A DNA stretch of 64,000 nucleotides from Dehalococcoidia bacterium (GTDB lineage: Bacteria; Chloroflexota; Dehalococcoidia; Lucifugimonadales; UBA3495): contig OZ247430.1 in the NCBI GenBank assembly GCA_965232895.1, positions 40,934 through 104,933 of the forward strand. Reading direction: 5' to 3'. Positions within the stretch are counted from its first letter, which is position 1, and each line of letters opens with the position of its first letter. The notes beneath the pieces were generated by a model. It saw only the letters and a program-made list of their open reading frames with translations, was not told the origin of the DNA and made no database searches. Position numbers and translations under genes: made by a program. This document shows positions 37,851-47,744 of the stretch, piece after piece.

Positions 37851-39146
37851 TCAGGCGGGACGGGGCTGCGGCCGAGTTTCGGGAGGCGGCTGCGAAGGCC
37901 GGGTCACCAATGGGGTCAAGAACAGGGCCGGCAAAGATATGGCGATGCAGGCCAGGGCGTTGAACGTAACGGACCACTGGATACCGATGACGTCGCCCAA
38001 CCAGCCCATGAGCAGCACTCCCGGCGGGGTTCCGAGCCCGATGCACAGGCTCATCAGGCCCACCATGCGCCCGCGCATTTCGGGCGGCGAAGAGCGCATG
38101 GTGATCGTGCTCTGCATGGTGCCGAAACAGGAGAGGCCAATGCCGCTGATCACCAGGATGGCAAAGGTGGCCTCATACCAGGGCAGCCACACGAATATGA
38201 CCGACGTAACCATCACGGCGAATGCTCCGGCGGCGAAATACCGACCGTGGTAGCTGATGGCGCCCATGGACGCGATGACGCCGGCGGTGACAAGTTGTCC
38301 AATTGACTCGGCGGCGGCGAGGACCCCCACCAGCGCCTCTCCGACCATTAGGTGGTCGCGGCCGATGGCGGGCACGAATTGACGGGCGGGGAAGGCGAGG
38401 CCATTGATCACCATGGTGATGAACAACATCCCCAACAGTTGACGGTGGCCGAAAGCGGCACGGACCACGTCGCCGAGGCTGTCCCAGATTGGTTCGACGC
38501 GCCACTCGCGTTCTACTTTGGGAATGCGGACACGGAAGGCGAGCAGCACCGCGGCCAGGTGCATGGTGGCAATGCCCAGGAAGGCCCAGGTGTAGCCGGG
38601 GTAGTGCGGCCAGAAGAGACCAACGTGCTGGATCAGCAGACCGCCGATGGGCTGACCGGCCATTCGGCCGATGGTCATGCTGATGGAATCGATGGACAGG
38701 GCGTTGACGATGCGACGCTCGCCGACGATGTCGAACACGGCGGTGCGCCGGGCGGGATCTTCCAGGGCGCGGCTCACCCCCTGCAGCAGCATGGCGGCGA
38801 AAACGTGCCACGCGGCGATTTGACCGGTGACCAGCAACAAGAACAGGGCGACGGCAGCGCCGAGTTTGATGGCCAGGGAGATGATCCAGATCTTTTTGCG
38901 GTCGAACCGGTCAGCGATGATGCCCGTGAACGGTGACAGGAAGGGCCGCGGAAGGTTTTCAAAGCCAAGCACCAGACCCAGCATGAGGGCGGAGTCGGTC
39001 AGGGAATAGACGAGCACGCTGGCAACAAACAGCTCCATCCAGCGGGTCAACTCGGCGACGTTGACGACATACCAGATCGACCGAAAACCCGGGTTGCCAA
39101 GAACCTCAAGCATTGGGGATGTGGGACGGACGCCAAAGCGTGCCAT
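37851..39146 (-). CDS. MFS transporter
   Basis: GIIADRFDRKK motif, about 12 TM segments; start uncertain (39146 or 39113). Confidence 0.85.
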   Translation of the reverse strand: MARFGVRPTSPMLEVLGNPGFRSIWYVVNVAELTRWMELFVASVLVYSLTDSALMLGLVLGFENLPRPFLSPFTGIIADRFDRKKIWIISLAIKLGAAVALFLLLVTGQIAAWHVFAAMLLQGVSRALEDPARRTAVFDIVGERRIVNALSIDSISMTIGRMAGQPIGGLLIQHVGLFWPHYPGYTWAFLGIATMHLAAVLLAFRVRIPKVEREWRVEPIWDSLGDVVRAAFGHRQLLGMLFITMVINGLAFPARQFVPAIGRDHLMVGEALVGVLAAAESIGQLVTAGVIASMGAISYHGRYFAAGAFAVMVTSVIFVWLPWYEATFAILVISGIGLSCFGTMQSTITMRSSPPEMRGRMVGLMSLCIGLGTPPGVLLMGWLGDVIGIQWSVTFNALACIAISLPALFLTPLVTRPSQPPPETRPQPRPA

Positions 39147-39427
39147 GCAAAACACTCCGCGCCGGCGGAGTGGAAACCGCAAGCGCGGGGAAATTCTACA
39201 CGTCCCGTGTCGCAATGACGTGCGTGGGTGCTGACAAAGGCGGGGTAAAATCGCCGAGGCGGGCGGAGTCCAGGTTCGCCAAACCAGGCGTCCAGCCCGG
39301 AATATCCCGGGGACGTGTCCACATCACACGCAGCGGGACCCACGCAACTGTGTTGCCAGCGCGCCGTGCTGACGAGGCAAAATCCCGTCGGCCCACTCCA
39401 GGGCTCAACGCGGTATATGCACGGGGT

Positions 39428-39455
39428 TTGACATCCGCGCCGCGGCCGATATCAT
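39428..39455 (+). promoter_or_regulatory. Sigma70-like promoter for the sulfotransferase
   Basis: TTGACA-N16-TATCAT, 54 nt upstream of the ATG. Confidence 0.5.
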
Positions 39456-39508
39456 CGCTCCACCGGATAGCCGGTTGAACGCTGAACACGACGGCAGGAA
39501 ACAGGGAG

Positions 39509-40717
39509 ATGGCTAGCCCAAGACTGACGGAAACGGGATCCAGTTCGAGCCGGTCGTGGCGGGTTGGCTATCGTCCCGGCGAGCCCGGCAGGTCGGCCAC
39601 GTTCGCATCCGGGTTCAACAGCTTCCTGACAACGGGCAGCGTATCGTTGGCGCTGCGTCTGGCGCGGACCCACGGCGTAGACCGGGAATTCGGCCCCCGG
39701 TTTTTGGGGTTGCTGTTTTGCAATGCCCTGTTTACTCCCATGAGGTTCTGGCAGAGCCTGAGATACGGCGGACGCATTGCGCGGGAGGAACTGCACCCGG
39801 AGCCGCTGTTCCTGCTGGGATTCTGGCGCTCGGGCACCACGCTGTTGCACAACCTGATGTCGATGGATGCGAGATGGGGGTTTGTGAACACGTACCAGGC
39901 GGCGATGCCGGACGTGTTCCTGGCGGGCCAGAACCGCGTGCGCCGGCTGATCGAAAGAAGCCTGCCGCCTGACCGCGGGGTGGACAACATCCCGGTGGAC
40001 TTCGCGATGCCGCAGGAAGAAGAGATCGCGATGATGTGCACCTCCGGCCTCAGTCCCTACACTTTCCTGCACTTTCCGCGCACGGCGGAGCGGGCGCTTG
40101 ACTACCTCTTCGTGGAGGAAAGGCTGGGCGAGCGGCAACGGGCCGAGTGGAAGCGTGAATTCACCAAGCTGCTCCAGGCCGCCAGCTACAACATGGGCGG
40201 CAAACCGTTGCTGCTGAAATCGCCGTCCAACACCAGTCGGATCACCGCGCTGCTTGACCTGTTCCCTGACGCCAGGTTCGTTTACATCCAGCGGGACCCT
40301 TACGACACACTGCGGTCCTACGTGCACCTGATTCGCCTGATGAACGAATGGCACGCCCTGCAGCGCGTGGACTTTGACGAACTCCTGCGCAAGCAGATCG
40401 CGGTGTATCGGGACATGGCGCAGGCCTATCTCAGGCAGCGGGATCAGATACCCGCCGACCGCCTGGTTGAAATCCGATACGAAGAACTGGAACAGGACAA
40501 GGTGGGACAGATACGGCACATCTACGATGCGCTGGGATTGGAAGGCTACGCCGAATTCGAGCCTCGACTCACCGAGTACGTGGCGTCGATAGAGGGCTTC
40601 CAGAAAAACCCGTCCGACGTGAGCGACCAGGTGATTGACGCCGTGAACCAGTACGTCCCATTCCTGGTTTCCGAGTACGGTTACGACTTCAGAGAAGCAT
40701 CGGCCGGCAACTTGTGA
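39509..40717 (+). CDS. PAPS-dependent sulfotransferase (Stf3-like family)
   Basis: LLGFWRSGTTLLHNL, PQEEE, LLKSPSNT, YIQRDP, IRYEELEQD. Confidence 0.88.
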   Translation: MASPRLTETGSSSSRSWRVGYRPGEPGRSATFASGFNSFLTTGSVSLALRLARTHGVDREFGPRFLGLLFCNALFTPMRFWQSLRYGGRIAREELHPEPLFLLGFWRSGTTLLHNLMSMDARWGFVNTYQAAMPDVFLAGQNRVRRLIERSLPPDRGVDNIPVDFAMPQEEEIAMMCTSGLSPYTFLHFPRTAERALDYLFVEERLGERQRAEWKREFTKLLQAASYNMGGKPLLLKSPSNTSRITALLDLFPDARFVYIQRDPYDTLRSYVHLIRLMNEWHALQRVDFDELLRKQIAVYRDMAQAYLRQRDQIPADRLVEIRYEELEQDKVGQIRHIYDALGLEGYAEFEPRLTEYVASIEGFQKNPSDVSDQVIDAVNQYVPFLVSEYGYDFREASAGNL

Positions 40718-40882
40718 AGCCATCGTGATAACATTTGATCAGAGGCGAAACTTCGATGCGTGCGCACGCCGGGGCGGAACCCTCGTTGGTGCGGTGGGGC
40801 GGCCACAATCCGTGCCATGCCACCCGTTGCAGGGTCGAACCCGCGCCACCGCGCAATAAATGCCAGACAGAAGGAGCGGGAC

Positions 40883-41764
40883 ATGGACCAAGCGGTCAAC
40901 GACTTTTGGAATGCGACCCGGGCGATCCTGAACGAAACCCCGGTGGGCGCCGAACTTTCCCCCAACGCGGAACTCAGCGGGCGGGACTACGAAACCTGGA
41001 ACGTGGCCTTCCGCAGCTACGGCGGCCAGCGCCTGCGAGCGTTTTACACCGCTCCCCGTGACCTGCCGCCATCAGGCAAGTTTCCGGCGATGCTGGCGGT
41101 GCCGGGCTATGGCGGTGGCAAGGAGATTCCGTTCCACGTTGTCATGCACGGTTTCGCGGTCTTAACGCTGTTCCCCAGGGCTCAAGGCGAAAGCATCCCT
41201 GAATGGGATCTGCCTCATGGCACCAAGCTGACCTACAACGTCACCGACCGTGAGAACTATTACTATCGCGGCGCATATATGGATTGCGTCCGCGGGATTG
41301 ATCTCCTCTCCGAGCGGGAAGAGGTCGATGCCAGCCGCATCGGCATGTGGAGCCGCAGCCAGGGTGGCGGGTTCACGCTGTCGACGGCTGCCCTGGATTC
41401 GAGGCTGGCGGCAGCGGTGGCTGAAGAGCCGTTCATGTGCAACTACCCGGTGGCGATCGACATTGAAACCCGGCCGTACGACGAGCTCCAGAACTACGTC
41501 CAACAACATCCGGAGCAGCGTCAGGCGATGCTGGACACTCTTCACTACTTCGATACGATGACTCTGGCCGACGGCATCGAATGTCCAATCCTGGTGAACA
41601 TCGGAATGGCTGATACCACCTGCCCGTACGAGACCATCATGCCGGTATTCGACCGCATCACAGCGCAAAAGTCGCTGCTGGTGTATCCGGATCTGACCCA
41701 CAGTCCGTGCACCGATTTCAACGTGCACGCGATGAACTGGCTCAAGCGATACCTGGGCGCCTGA
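40883..41764 (+). CDS. Acetylxylan esterase / cephalosporin-C deacetylase family (CE7)
   Basis: VAFRSYGG, VPGYGG, YYYRGAYMDCVR, SRSQGGG, GMADTTCP, YPDLTH. Confidence 0.85.
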   Translation: MDQAVNDFWNATRAILNETPVGAELSPNAELSGRDYETWNVAFRSYGGQRLRAFYTAPRDLPPSGKFPAMLAVPGYGGGKEIPFHVVMHGFAVLTLFPRAQGESIPEWDLPHGTKLTYNVTDRENYYYRGAYMDCVRGIDLLSEREEVDASRIGMWSRSQGGGFTLSTAALDSRLAAAVAEEPFMCNYPVAIDIETRPYDELQNYVQQHPEQRQAMLDTLHYFDTMTLADGIECPILVNIGMADTTCPYETIMPVFDRITAQKSLLVYPDLTHSPCTDFNVHAMNWLKRYLGA

Positions 41765-41826
41765 CCGGTCGGCGTCCGCCGATGACATAGCGGAATACTG
41801 GATTGGGAAGTGGGAGGTACCATAAC

Positions 41827-43284
41827 ATGCCCGCGAGAACCGGGGCCGAATACCTGGCCGGCCTGAAACGGCAGGAACGCGAAATCTGGATGGACGGGCG
41901 ACGGGTGGATGACGTTACCGAGTTTCCCGGACTGGCCAATGGAGCGCGATCAATCGCGCAGCTGTACGACATGCAGCACGATGGGTCTGCCGCCTGCCCG
42001 ATGACCTACTCCTCTCCCATCACGGGCGACCCGGTGGGCCTGTCGTTCCTCACTCCGAAGACGAAGGACGACCTGGCGCGGCGACGGGAGATGATGTCGC
42101 AGTGGGCCCACGCCAGCTACGGCATGATGGGACGGACGCCTGACTTCCTGAACGTGACGATAATGTCCATGGCGGCGGCGGGTGACTTTTTCGGCGAGAA
42201 CCGTCCGGAGTTCAAGAAAAACGTGGTCAGTTACTACGAGCACGTGCGGGACAACGACCTGTGCATGACCCACACGCTGGTGAATTTGCAGCGGAACCGG
42301 GCTCCTTCGGCCACTTCGATGGACTACAGCACTGACGTCGCGCTGCACGTCGTGAAAGAAACGGACGCCGGGTTGATCGTGCGTGGCCCACGAGTGCTGG
42401 CGACCCTGGGGCCATTGTCGGACGAGATCATGGTCTATCCCACCCGTTCGTCGCTATTGGCGCGAGACGAGGACGCGCACAAGTACGCCTTCGCTTTCTC
42501 GGTGCCCTGCGGCATTGATGGCCTGAAGTTCATCTGCCGGGAGAGCTTCGACCTGGGCAGGTCGCACTTCGACCACCCGCTGGGCTCACGGTTCGAGGAG
42601 ATGGACGCCATCGTCTTTTTCGACGACGTGCTGGTGCCGTGGGAACGGGTCTTCATGTATGGGGACCGGCACAAGTGCAACAACATGTCCAACGAGACCG
42701 GGCAGTACGTGCACACCGGCCACCAGGTCGTGACCAAGAACGTCGCCAAGTGCGAATTCATCACCGGGATCGCCAGCCTCATGGTGAAAACACTGGGAAA
42801 CGGCGAGATCCCGCAGGTGCAGGGTCTCGTAGCCGAGCTGGTGGAAAACCTGGAGATCACCAAGGCGCTGCTGACCCAGTCGGAAGTCAACGCGAAGATC
42901 GACGACTGGGGAGTCATGCTGCCGGATCGGGTGCCGCTGAACGTGGCGCGCAATCTGTTCATCAAGATGTACCCGAGGATGGCGGAGATCATCCAATTGC
43001 TCGGATCCAGCAGCCTCATGGCCCTGCCATCGGAAGGCGACTTCGGCGGGCCCATGGCCGAGGTGCTGGACACCTACCTCGACACCGATACGGCCACGGC
43101 GCAGGAAAGAGTCAGGTTGTTCCGGCTGGCGTGGGACGCGGCGTGCAGCTCGTTCGCCGGCCGCCAGGTGCTCTACGAGCGCTACTTCCAGGGAGACTGG
43201 ATGCGCAACGCGGCGCTGCTGCTGGGCATTTATGACCGCGAGCCGCTGGAGCAACAGGTGCGCGAGTTCCTGGAACGCGACTGA
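41827..43284 (+). CDS. hpaB: 4-hydroxyphenylacetate 3-monooxygenase oxygenase component-like flavoprotein
   Basis: RTGAEYLAGL, MGRTPDF, LATLGPLSDE, FDHPLGSRFEEMDA, FAGRQVLYERY. Confidence 0.88.
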   Translation: MPARTGAEYLAGLKRQEREIWMDGRRVDDVTEFPGLANGARSIAQLYDMQHDGSAACPMTYSSPITGDPVGLSFLTPKTKDDLARRREMMSQWAHASYGMMGRTPDFLNVTIMSMAAAGDFFGENRPEFKKNVVSYYEHVRDNDLCMTHTLVNLQRNRAPSATSMDYSTDVALHVVKETDAGLIVRGPRVLATLGPLSDEIMVYPTRSSLLARDEDAHKYAFAFSVPCGIDGLKFICRESFDLGRSHFDHPLGSRFEEMDAIVFFDDVLVPWERVFMYGDRHKCNNMSNETGQYVHTGHQVVTKNVAKCEFITGIASLMVKTLGNGEIPQVQGLVAELVENLEITKALLTQSEVNAKIDDWGVMLPDRVPLNVARNLFIKMYPRMAEIIQLLGSSSLMALPSEGDFGGPMAEVLDTYLDTDTATAQERVRLFRLAWDAACSSFAGRQVLYERYFQGDWMRNAALLLGIYDREPLEQQVREFLERD

Positions 43285-43337
43285 TTCGGGCTGGCGTCTT
43301 CGCGGCGGTAACCCTGGAATCGACGGTCACTAAACTT

Positions 43338-43363
43338 GTAGGGGCGAATGATTATTCGCCCCT
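43338..43363 (+). repeat. GTAG-type REP-like palindrome
   Basis: GTAGGGGCGAAT-gatt-ATTCGCCCCT. Confidence 0.65.
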
Positions 43364-43424
43364 GTTTTGCCGGATATTTCCGGGATTGTCTCAGCGGCGC
43401 GCCGGCGGCTGCATGATTGCGCGG

Positions 43425-43622
43425 CTAATCGGCGGGCAGGGAGAACGTAGCCGCGCCGTCTTCTCCATGGCGATGGTTGGCGAGCGCCGCCAACACTTCG
43501 TTAGTTCGATGTTGGGCCGCGGACAATTTATTCACGCTGTTCAGCGTGAACAGCAGCAATGGGACTATGACCGCGAGGATGGCAATGCCGACGCCCATTA
43601 TGGCTATAGTTTCCTGTGTCAT
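43425..43622 (-). CDS. Small single-pass membrane protein
   Basis: GGAG RBS; 65 aa with hydrophobic IAIMGVGIAILAVIVPLLLF. Confidence 0.65.
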   Translation of the reverse strand: MTQETIAIMGVGIAILAVIVPLLLFTLNSVNKLSAAQHRTNEVLAALANHRHGEDGAATFSLPAD

Positions 43623-43815
43623 GCTCCGGATCCCGCCCTACCTGACGAATTGCATCGTGCTCCTATGCTAGCATGGGCGTTCTTGCCGGTACAAACGCAG
43701 TTTTGTCGTTCCACAGGGCCGGCGGCGCTGGGATCCAGATGTCTTGTTTTGTCTATCCATCTCGTAGAGGAGAACGGTCATTCGCCTCTACGAGATGGCC
43801 GATGGTTACTTCGGT

Positions 43816-45009
43816 TTACTTCATCAGCCCCTCGGCAACGGAGCCCTTGAAGGCGTCGTCGCCGCCGAACACGGTTCCGACGGTCCCCGAATTGAACTTG
43901 GTCAAACCAAGATCGTACACATCCTGCGGGAACGGGATGTATCCCACCGACGCCGCCAACTCCTGGCCGCTCGGGCTCAGGTAGTACCGCACGAACTCCG
44001 CTACGTGTTCCTGCTGCGCCGCGTCCGACCGCACGTAGATGAACAACGGCCGGCTCAGCGGCGCGTACGACCCGTTGTTGATCGCCTCATCCGTCGGCGC
44101 AACGCAGCCGTTGCCCCCGTCGATCGGCACCACCTTCACCTTGTCCTGGTTCTCCACGTAGTAGGCGTAGCCGAAGTAACCGATGCTGTACCTGTCGCCA
44201 GCGACTCCCTGCACCAGCACGTTGTCGTCCTCCGACGCCACAAAGTCGCCGCGCGAGACGCCGCCGTCGCCGTTGATCGCCTCGGTGAAGTAGTCGAACG
44301 TTCCGGAGTCAACGCCCGGCGCGTACATCTTGATCTCCTCCTCCGGCCACTCCGGGTTCACCTGGTTCCAGTGGGTCACCACGCCCTCAGACTCCGGACT
44401 CCAGATCTGGTTCAACTGCTCGACCGACATGCAGTCCACAAAATCGTTCTCCGGGTTCACGACCACGGACAGTCCGTCGATCGCAACCGGCAGCTCGATG
44501 TACTCCACGCCTGCGGCGGAACACAGGTCAACTTCCTTCTGCTTGATGGGGCGCGACGCGTCGGAGATCACGGTCTCGTTGTCACAGAACTTCTTGAAAC
44601 CGCCGCCCGTTCCCGAAATGCCCACTACCACGCGAACGTTGTCGTCGGTCAGGCCGCCGAACTCTTCGGCCACCGCCTCCGTGATGGGGAACACCGTGGA
44701 CGAACCGTCAATCGCGATGTCGCCCGAGAGGGTGGCGTACATGCTGGGGTCGACTGCCTTTTCCGCCTGACCAGCGCTTGAACCGGTAGATCCGGTGGTG
44801 GCGGAACTGCTCGCAGTCGTACTCCCGGAGGTTGTGCTGTCGGTCGCCGCTGAACCCGCAGCGGCGCCGGAGCCGGCCTGTGTGGCGGGCGCTTGGTCCG
44901 CGGCGCTGCAGGCGGCGCCCATCAGAACGGCGGCGCAGCCCACCGCGGCAACGGCCAACAGCAACCGAAATGGAATTTGCTTTAGAGTAGCCATCGTGGC
45001 GGAACTCAT
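43816..45009 (-). CDS. pstS: Phosphate ABC transporter substrate-binding lipoprotein
   Basis: IDGSSTVFP, SGTGGGFKKFC, ASRPIK, DSGTFDYF, YAPLSRPLFIY; CAGGAGG RBS before ATG 45009; lipobox GAAC. Confidence 0.92.
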   Translation of the reverse strand: MSSATMATLKQIPFRLLLAVAAVGCAAVLMGAACSAADQAPATQAGSGAAAGSAATDSTTSGSTTASSSATTGSTGSSAGQAEKAVDPSMYATLSGDIAIDGSSTVFPITEAVAEEFGGLTDDNVRVVVGISGTGGGFKKFCDNETVISDASRPIKQKEVDLCSAAGVEYIELPVAIDGLSVVVNPENDFVDCMSVEQLNQIWSPESEGVVTHWNQVNPEWPEEEIKMYAPGVDSGTFDYFTEAINGDGGVSRGDFVASEDDNVLVQGVAGDRYSIGYFGYAYYVENQDKVKVVPIDGGNGCVAPTDEAINNGSYAPLSRPLFIYVRSDAAQQEHVAEFVRYYLSPSGQELAASVGYIPFPQDVYDLGLTKFNSGTVGTVFGGDDAFKGSVAEGLMK

Positions 45010-45180
45010 TAATCCTCCTGTAAGTGGAAGGTGGGTCGGTTTTCCTGTGGATTGAGAAAATTGGCGCTTGCCAATCGCGGCCATCACTGGCCGAACATCG
45101 CCGTGTTCAATAGGCATACCTCCTCATGTTCTCCCCGAGAGTCCAAAGAGCTGACGGAGCCAGCTTCGCGGTTGGAACGG

Positions 45181-45211
45181 CAAAAAAAGAGCGAAATCTT
45201 TCGATTTCGCT
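45181..45211 (-). terminator. Intrinsic terminator
   Basis: Minus strand AGCGAAATC-gaaa-GATTTCGCT-C-TTTTTTT. Confidence 0.75.
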
Positions 45212-45319
45212 GGAAATTAGTGAGAGCGAATCCCGCCGCTCCCATGAGCGCGGCGGGCGCAATTGGTAGCTTGCCCCTTTCTACTGAGCGTGGCGGCTCA
45301 GCAGCCCGGACTGTGGAGG

Positions 45320-45352
45320 GCAAAAAAATAACGAGGGACGAATCCCCCGTGG
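45320..45352 (-). terminator. Intrinsic terminator after pepP
   Basis: Minus strand CGGGGGA-TTCG-TCCCTCG-TTATTTTTT. Confidence 0.65.
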
Positions 45353-45521
45353 TCCGGAACTGCGACGCATCGCATGGAACAATTGCGGCAGGGCGGATGA
45401 ACACCGATGCCGCTCCCGCCGCACCCTTAGCGGCGGACACCGGTCCTTCTTTTGGCAATTTCATCACAACCGGATCCGAAGCAACCGTCATGCCAGAGAT
45501 GCGATCAAGAGCTAACGAATA

Positions 45522-46850
45522 TCAGCGGGAGTCCGCCACGATGGATTCGAGCTCATCCGGGTCTTTGGGTATGGCGTCCGACAAGACGCGACACCCGTCT
45601 TCCGTGACCAGCACATCGTCTTCAATACGAATGCCGATCCCCCGGTAGATATCAGGGGCTTGCTTGGCCTGGGGACCAAAGTAGAGCCCGGGCTCGATGG
45701 TCAGCACCATTCCCGGGCGCAGGCGCACCTGGCCCCGGTCATCCCGGTAAGGACCGCAGTCGTGCACGTCCAGGCCCAGCCAGTGCGACGTGGCGTGCAT
45801 GTAGTAGTCCCGGTACGACTGCTGCTCCATGATGCCGTCAACGCTGCCGGACATGATACCCAGATCGATCAGGCCCTGTACCAGCGTGCGGGCAGCAGTC
45901 CGATGCACGTCGTCGAAACCGGCGCCGGGCTTCACATCCGCAATAGCCTTGCGTTGCGACTCCAGGGTCAGCTCGTAGATCGCCCGCTGCGGAGCCGTGA
46001 ACTTGCCGGACACCGGCCACGTCCGTGTGACGTCGGCAGTGTAAAAGCCATACTCGGCGCCGGCGTCGATCAGCAAAAGGTCTTCGGGGCCGAGAGCATC
46101 CCGGTTCCGGACGTAATGGAGTACGCAGGCGTTGGCTCCGCCGGCCACTATGGACGGGTAGCCGTTGCGCGGCGAACCGTGCTGCCGGAACGGGCGCTCA
46201 AGGGCGGCCTGCACCTCGTATTCGTGCACGCCCGGCGCCGCAGTCCGCATGGCCGCGTCGAACCCGTGAGCGGTGATGTCGATCGCTCGCTGGAGAAGCG
46301 CGATCTCATCGTCGGTCTTGATCTGGCGCATCAGGTCAATTGTCGGGGTGGGGTCATCAATGCGACGAATGGGCTTCGCGCCTCTCTGGGCCATACCCCG
46401 GCGACGCTTGACCAAGCCGGAAATGATCGCGTCCACCCGATCGTCGCTGCCCAGGGCGTAGTGGACCGTATCGCAATCGGCGAGCAGCTTGGGAAGCTGG
46501 CTGTCCAACTGGTCGACGGAGTAGGCGGCGTTGGCTCCCAGGGGACCGACGGCGCCTCGGACGCCAGCGCGATAACCTACCCAGATCTCGAAGGTGGGAT
46601 CGTACGGCCGTACAAAAAGCGTGTAAGGAGTGTGCGATCCGGGGCGCAGAACCGCCACGGCGTCGGGTTCGTCGAACCCGGTCAGATACCAGAAGCTGGA
46701 CGGCTGCCGGTATTCGTGGTCAACGTCGTTATTGCGGGATGCGTCATGCCCCGCGGCCAGAACGATTGCGCCGTTTGACAAGGATTCCATCAGCCGTCTG
46801 CGGCGGCTGTTGAACTCGCGGGGTTCGGTTGCCAGAACGTCGGCGCTCAT
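45522..46850 (-). CDS. pepP: Xaa-Pro aminopeptidase
   Basis: YRQPSSFWYLTG, CVLHY, LIDAGAEY, ADVTRT, HATSHWLGLDVHD, TIEPGLY, GIRIEDDV. Confidence 0.93.
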   Translation of the reverse strand: MSADVLATEPREFNSRRRRLMESLSNGAIVLAAGHDASRNNDVDHEYRQPSSFWYLTGFDEPDAVAVLRPGSHTPYTLFVRPYDPTFEIWVGYRAGVRGAVGPLGANAAYSVDQLDSQLPKLLADCDTVHYALGSDDRVDAIISGLVKRRRGMAQRGAKPIRRIDDPTPTIDLMRQIKTDDEIALLQRAIDITAHGFDAAMRTAAPGVHEYEVQAALERPFRQHGSPRNGYPSIVAGGANACVLHYVRNRDALGPEDLLLIDAGAEYGFYTADVTRTWPVSGKFTAPQRAIYELTLESQRKAIADVKPGAGFDDVHRTAARTLVQGLIDLGIMSGSVDGIMEQQSYRDYYMHATSHWLGLDVHDCGPYRDDRGQVRLRPGMVLTIEPGLYFGPQAKQAPDIYRGIGIRIEDDVLVTEDGCRVLSDAIPKDPDELESIVADSR

Positions 46851-47276
46851 TGTGAAAGAGACTCACTGCCAGTGGTCGTGATCGGTAGGTCGTTTGCGTT
46901 TTGGCCGACGGAATTGTATCAGACGTAGAATGAACGCTCAACGTCAGCCACAGATTGACGCCATGTTTTCGATCGCCATAGCGAGGCGAAAGCGAGTGGC
47001 AACCCCGTGGACCCGGCCAACCGCTACTGCCGCAGTGCAACCGCCGCGCCGATGGCGATGGTCAAACCCGCCAATTCTTGCGGGTTACAGTATGTGCGTC
47101 CAGTTGACAGCTAAGGCCGCCCATTGTTACGCTTCGCGCACAATCGATTGGTCTGTCAACGTGGTTGAAGCGCGTACTGCGCAACATACATTCAATATAC
47201 TTTTCACCCTCATGCCGGACACTGAATTAGGGCCCGATCGCAATTATCAAATAGCCGTCCGTATGCGCCCCGACTA

Positions 47277-47428
47277 CAGGGCAATCGCATCATAGGCTCC
47301 ACGCCCGTCACTCCGGCGAAAGCCGGAGTCCATTAGTCATAGCATGAAAGAATTTGAAGCGTATTTGATAAATTCGACCACTGGATTCCTGCTTGCGCAG
47401 GAATGACGGCGATGGTGCGATTGCCCTG
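47277..47428 (+). mobile_element. 152-bp MITE/REPIN-like element, copy D
   Basis: Perfect TIRs CAGGGCAATCGCA / TGCGATTGCCCTG. Confidence 0.8.
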
Positions 47429-47456
47429 GCCCCGACTAGGTTATGTTGACATTTCG

Positions 47457-47551
47457 TGTCATTCCGGCTTTCGCCGGAATCCAGGGTGCTAAAGAAGGGT
47501 AAAATCCGGCAGACTTTCCGATGGAAAAGGTCTCTGGGTTCCTGCTTTCGC
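47457..47551. repeat. Second-type REP doublet
   Basis: TGTCATTCCGGCTTTCGCCGGAATCCAG ... CTGGGTTCCTGCTTTCGCAGGAACGACG. Confidence 0.65.
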
Positions 47552-47744
47552 AGGAACGACGGATATTTTCCCAAATTTCAACAGAACCTAATCTCGTACG
47601 CGCACTGACCGATAAGTAATCGAGCCCCCGTCCCCCTGGCGATTTGGAATAGCACGTCCTGGAGCGACCCAAGCGATGATACTGAGCATCAGGCACGCAA
47701 CCAGCGTCTTCCGGCCGGCAAAGCCAACAGGTTCCGTGCGCCAC

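Noticed and set aside
45084-45491. 135-aa minus-strand ORF upstream of pstS
   Set aside because: It runs through two intrinsic terminators and has no recognisable domain.
47065-47199. Identification of the rod as 6S RNA, SRP RNA or HEARO/omega RNA
   Set aside because: It is too short for 6S, lacks the SRP helix-8 motif, and has the GTTGAC/GTCAAC order reversed relative to HEARO, with no IscB gene nearby.
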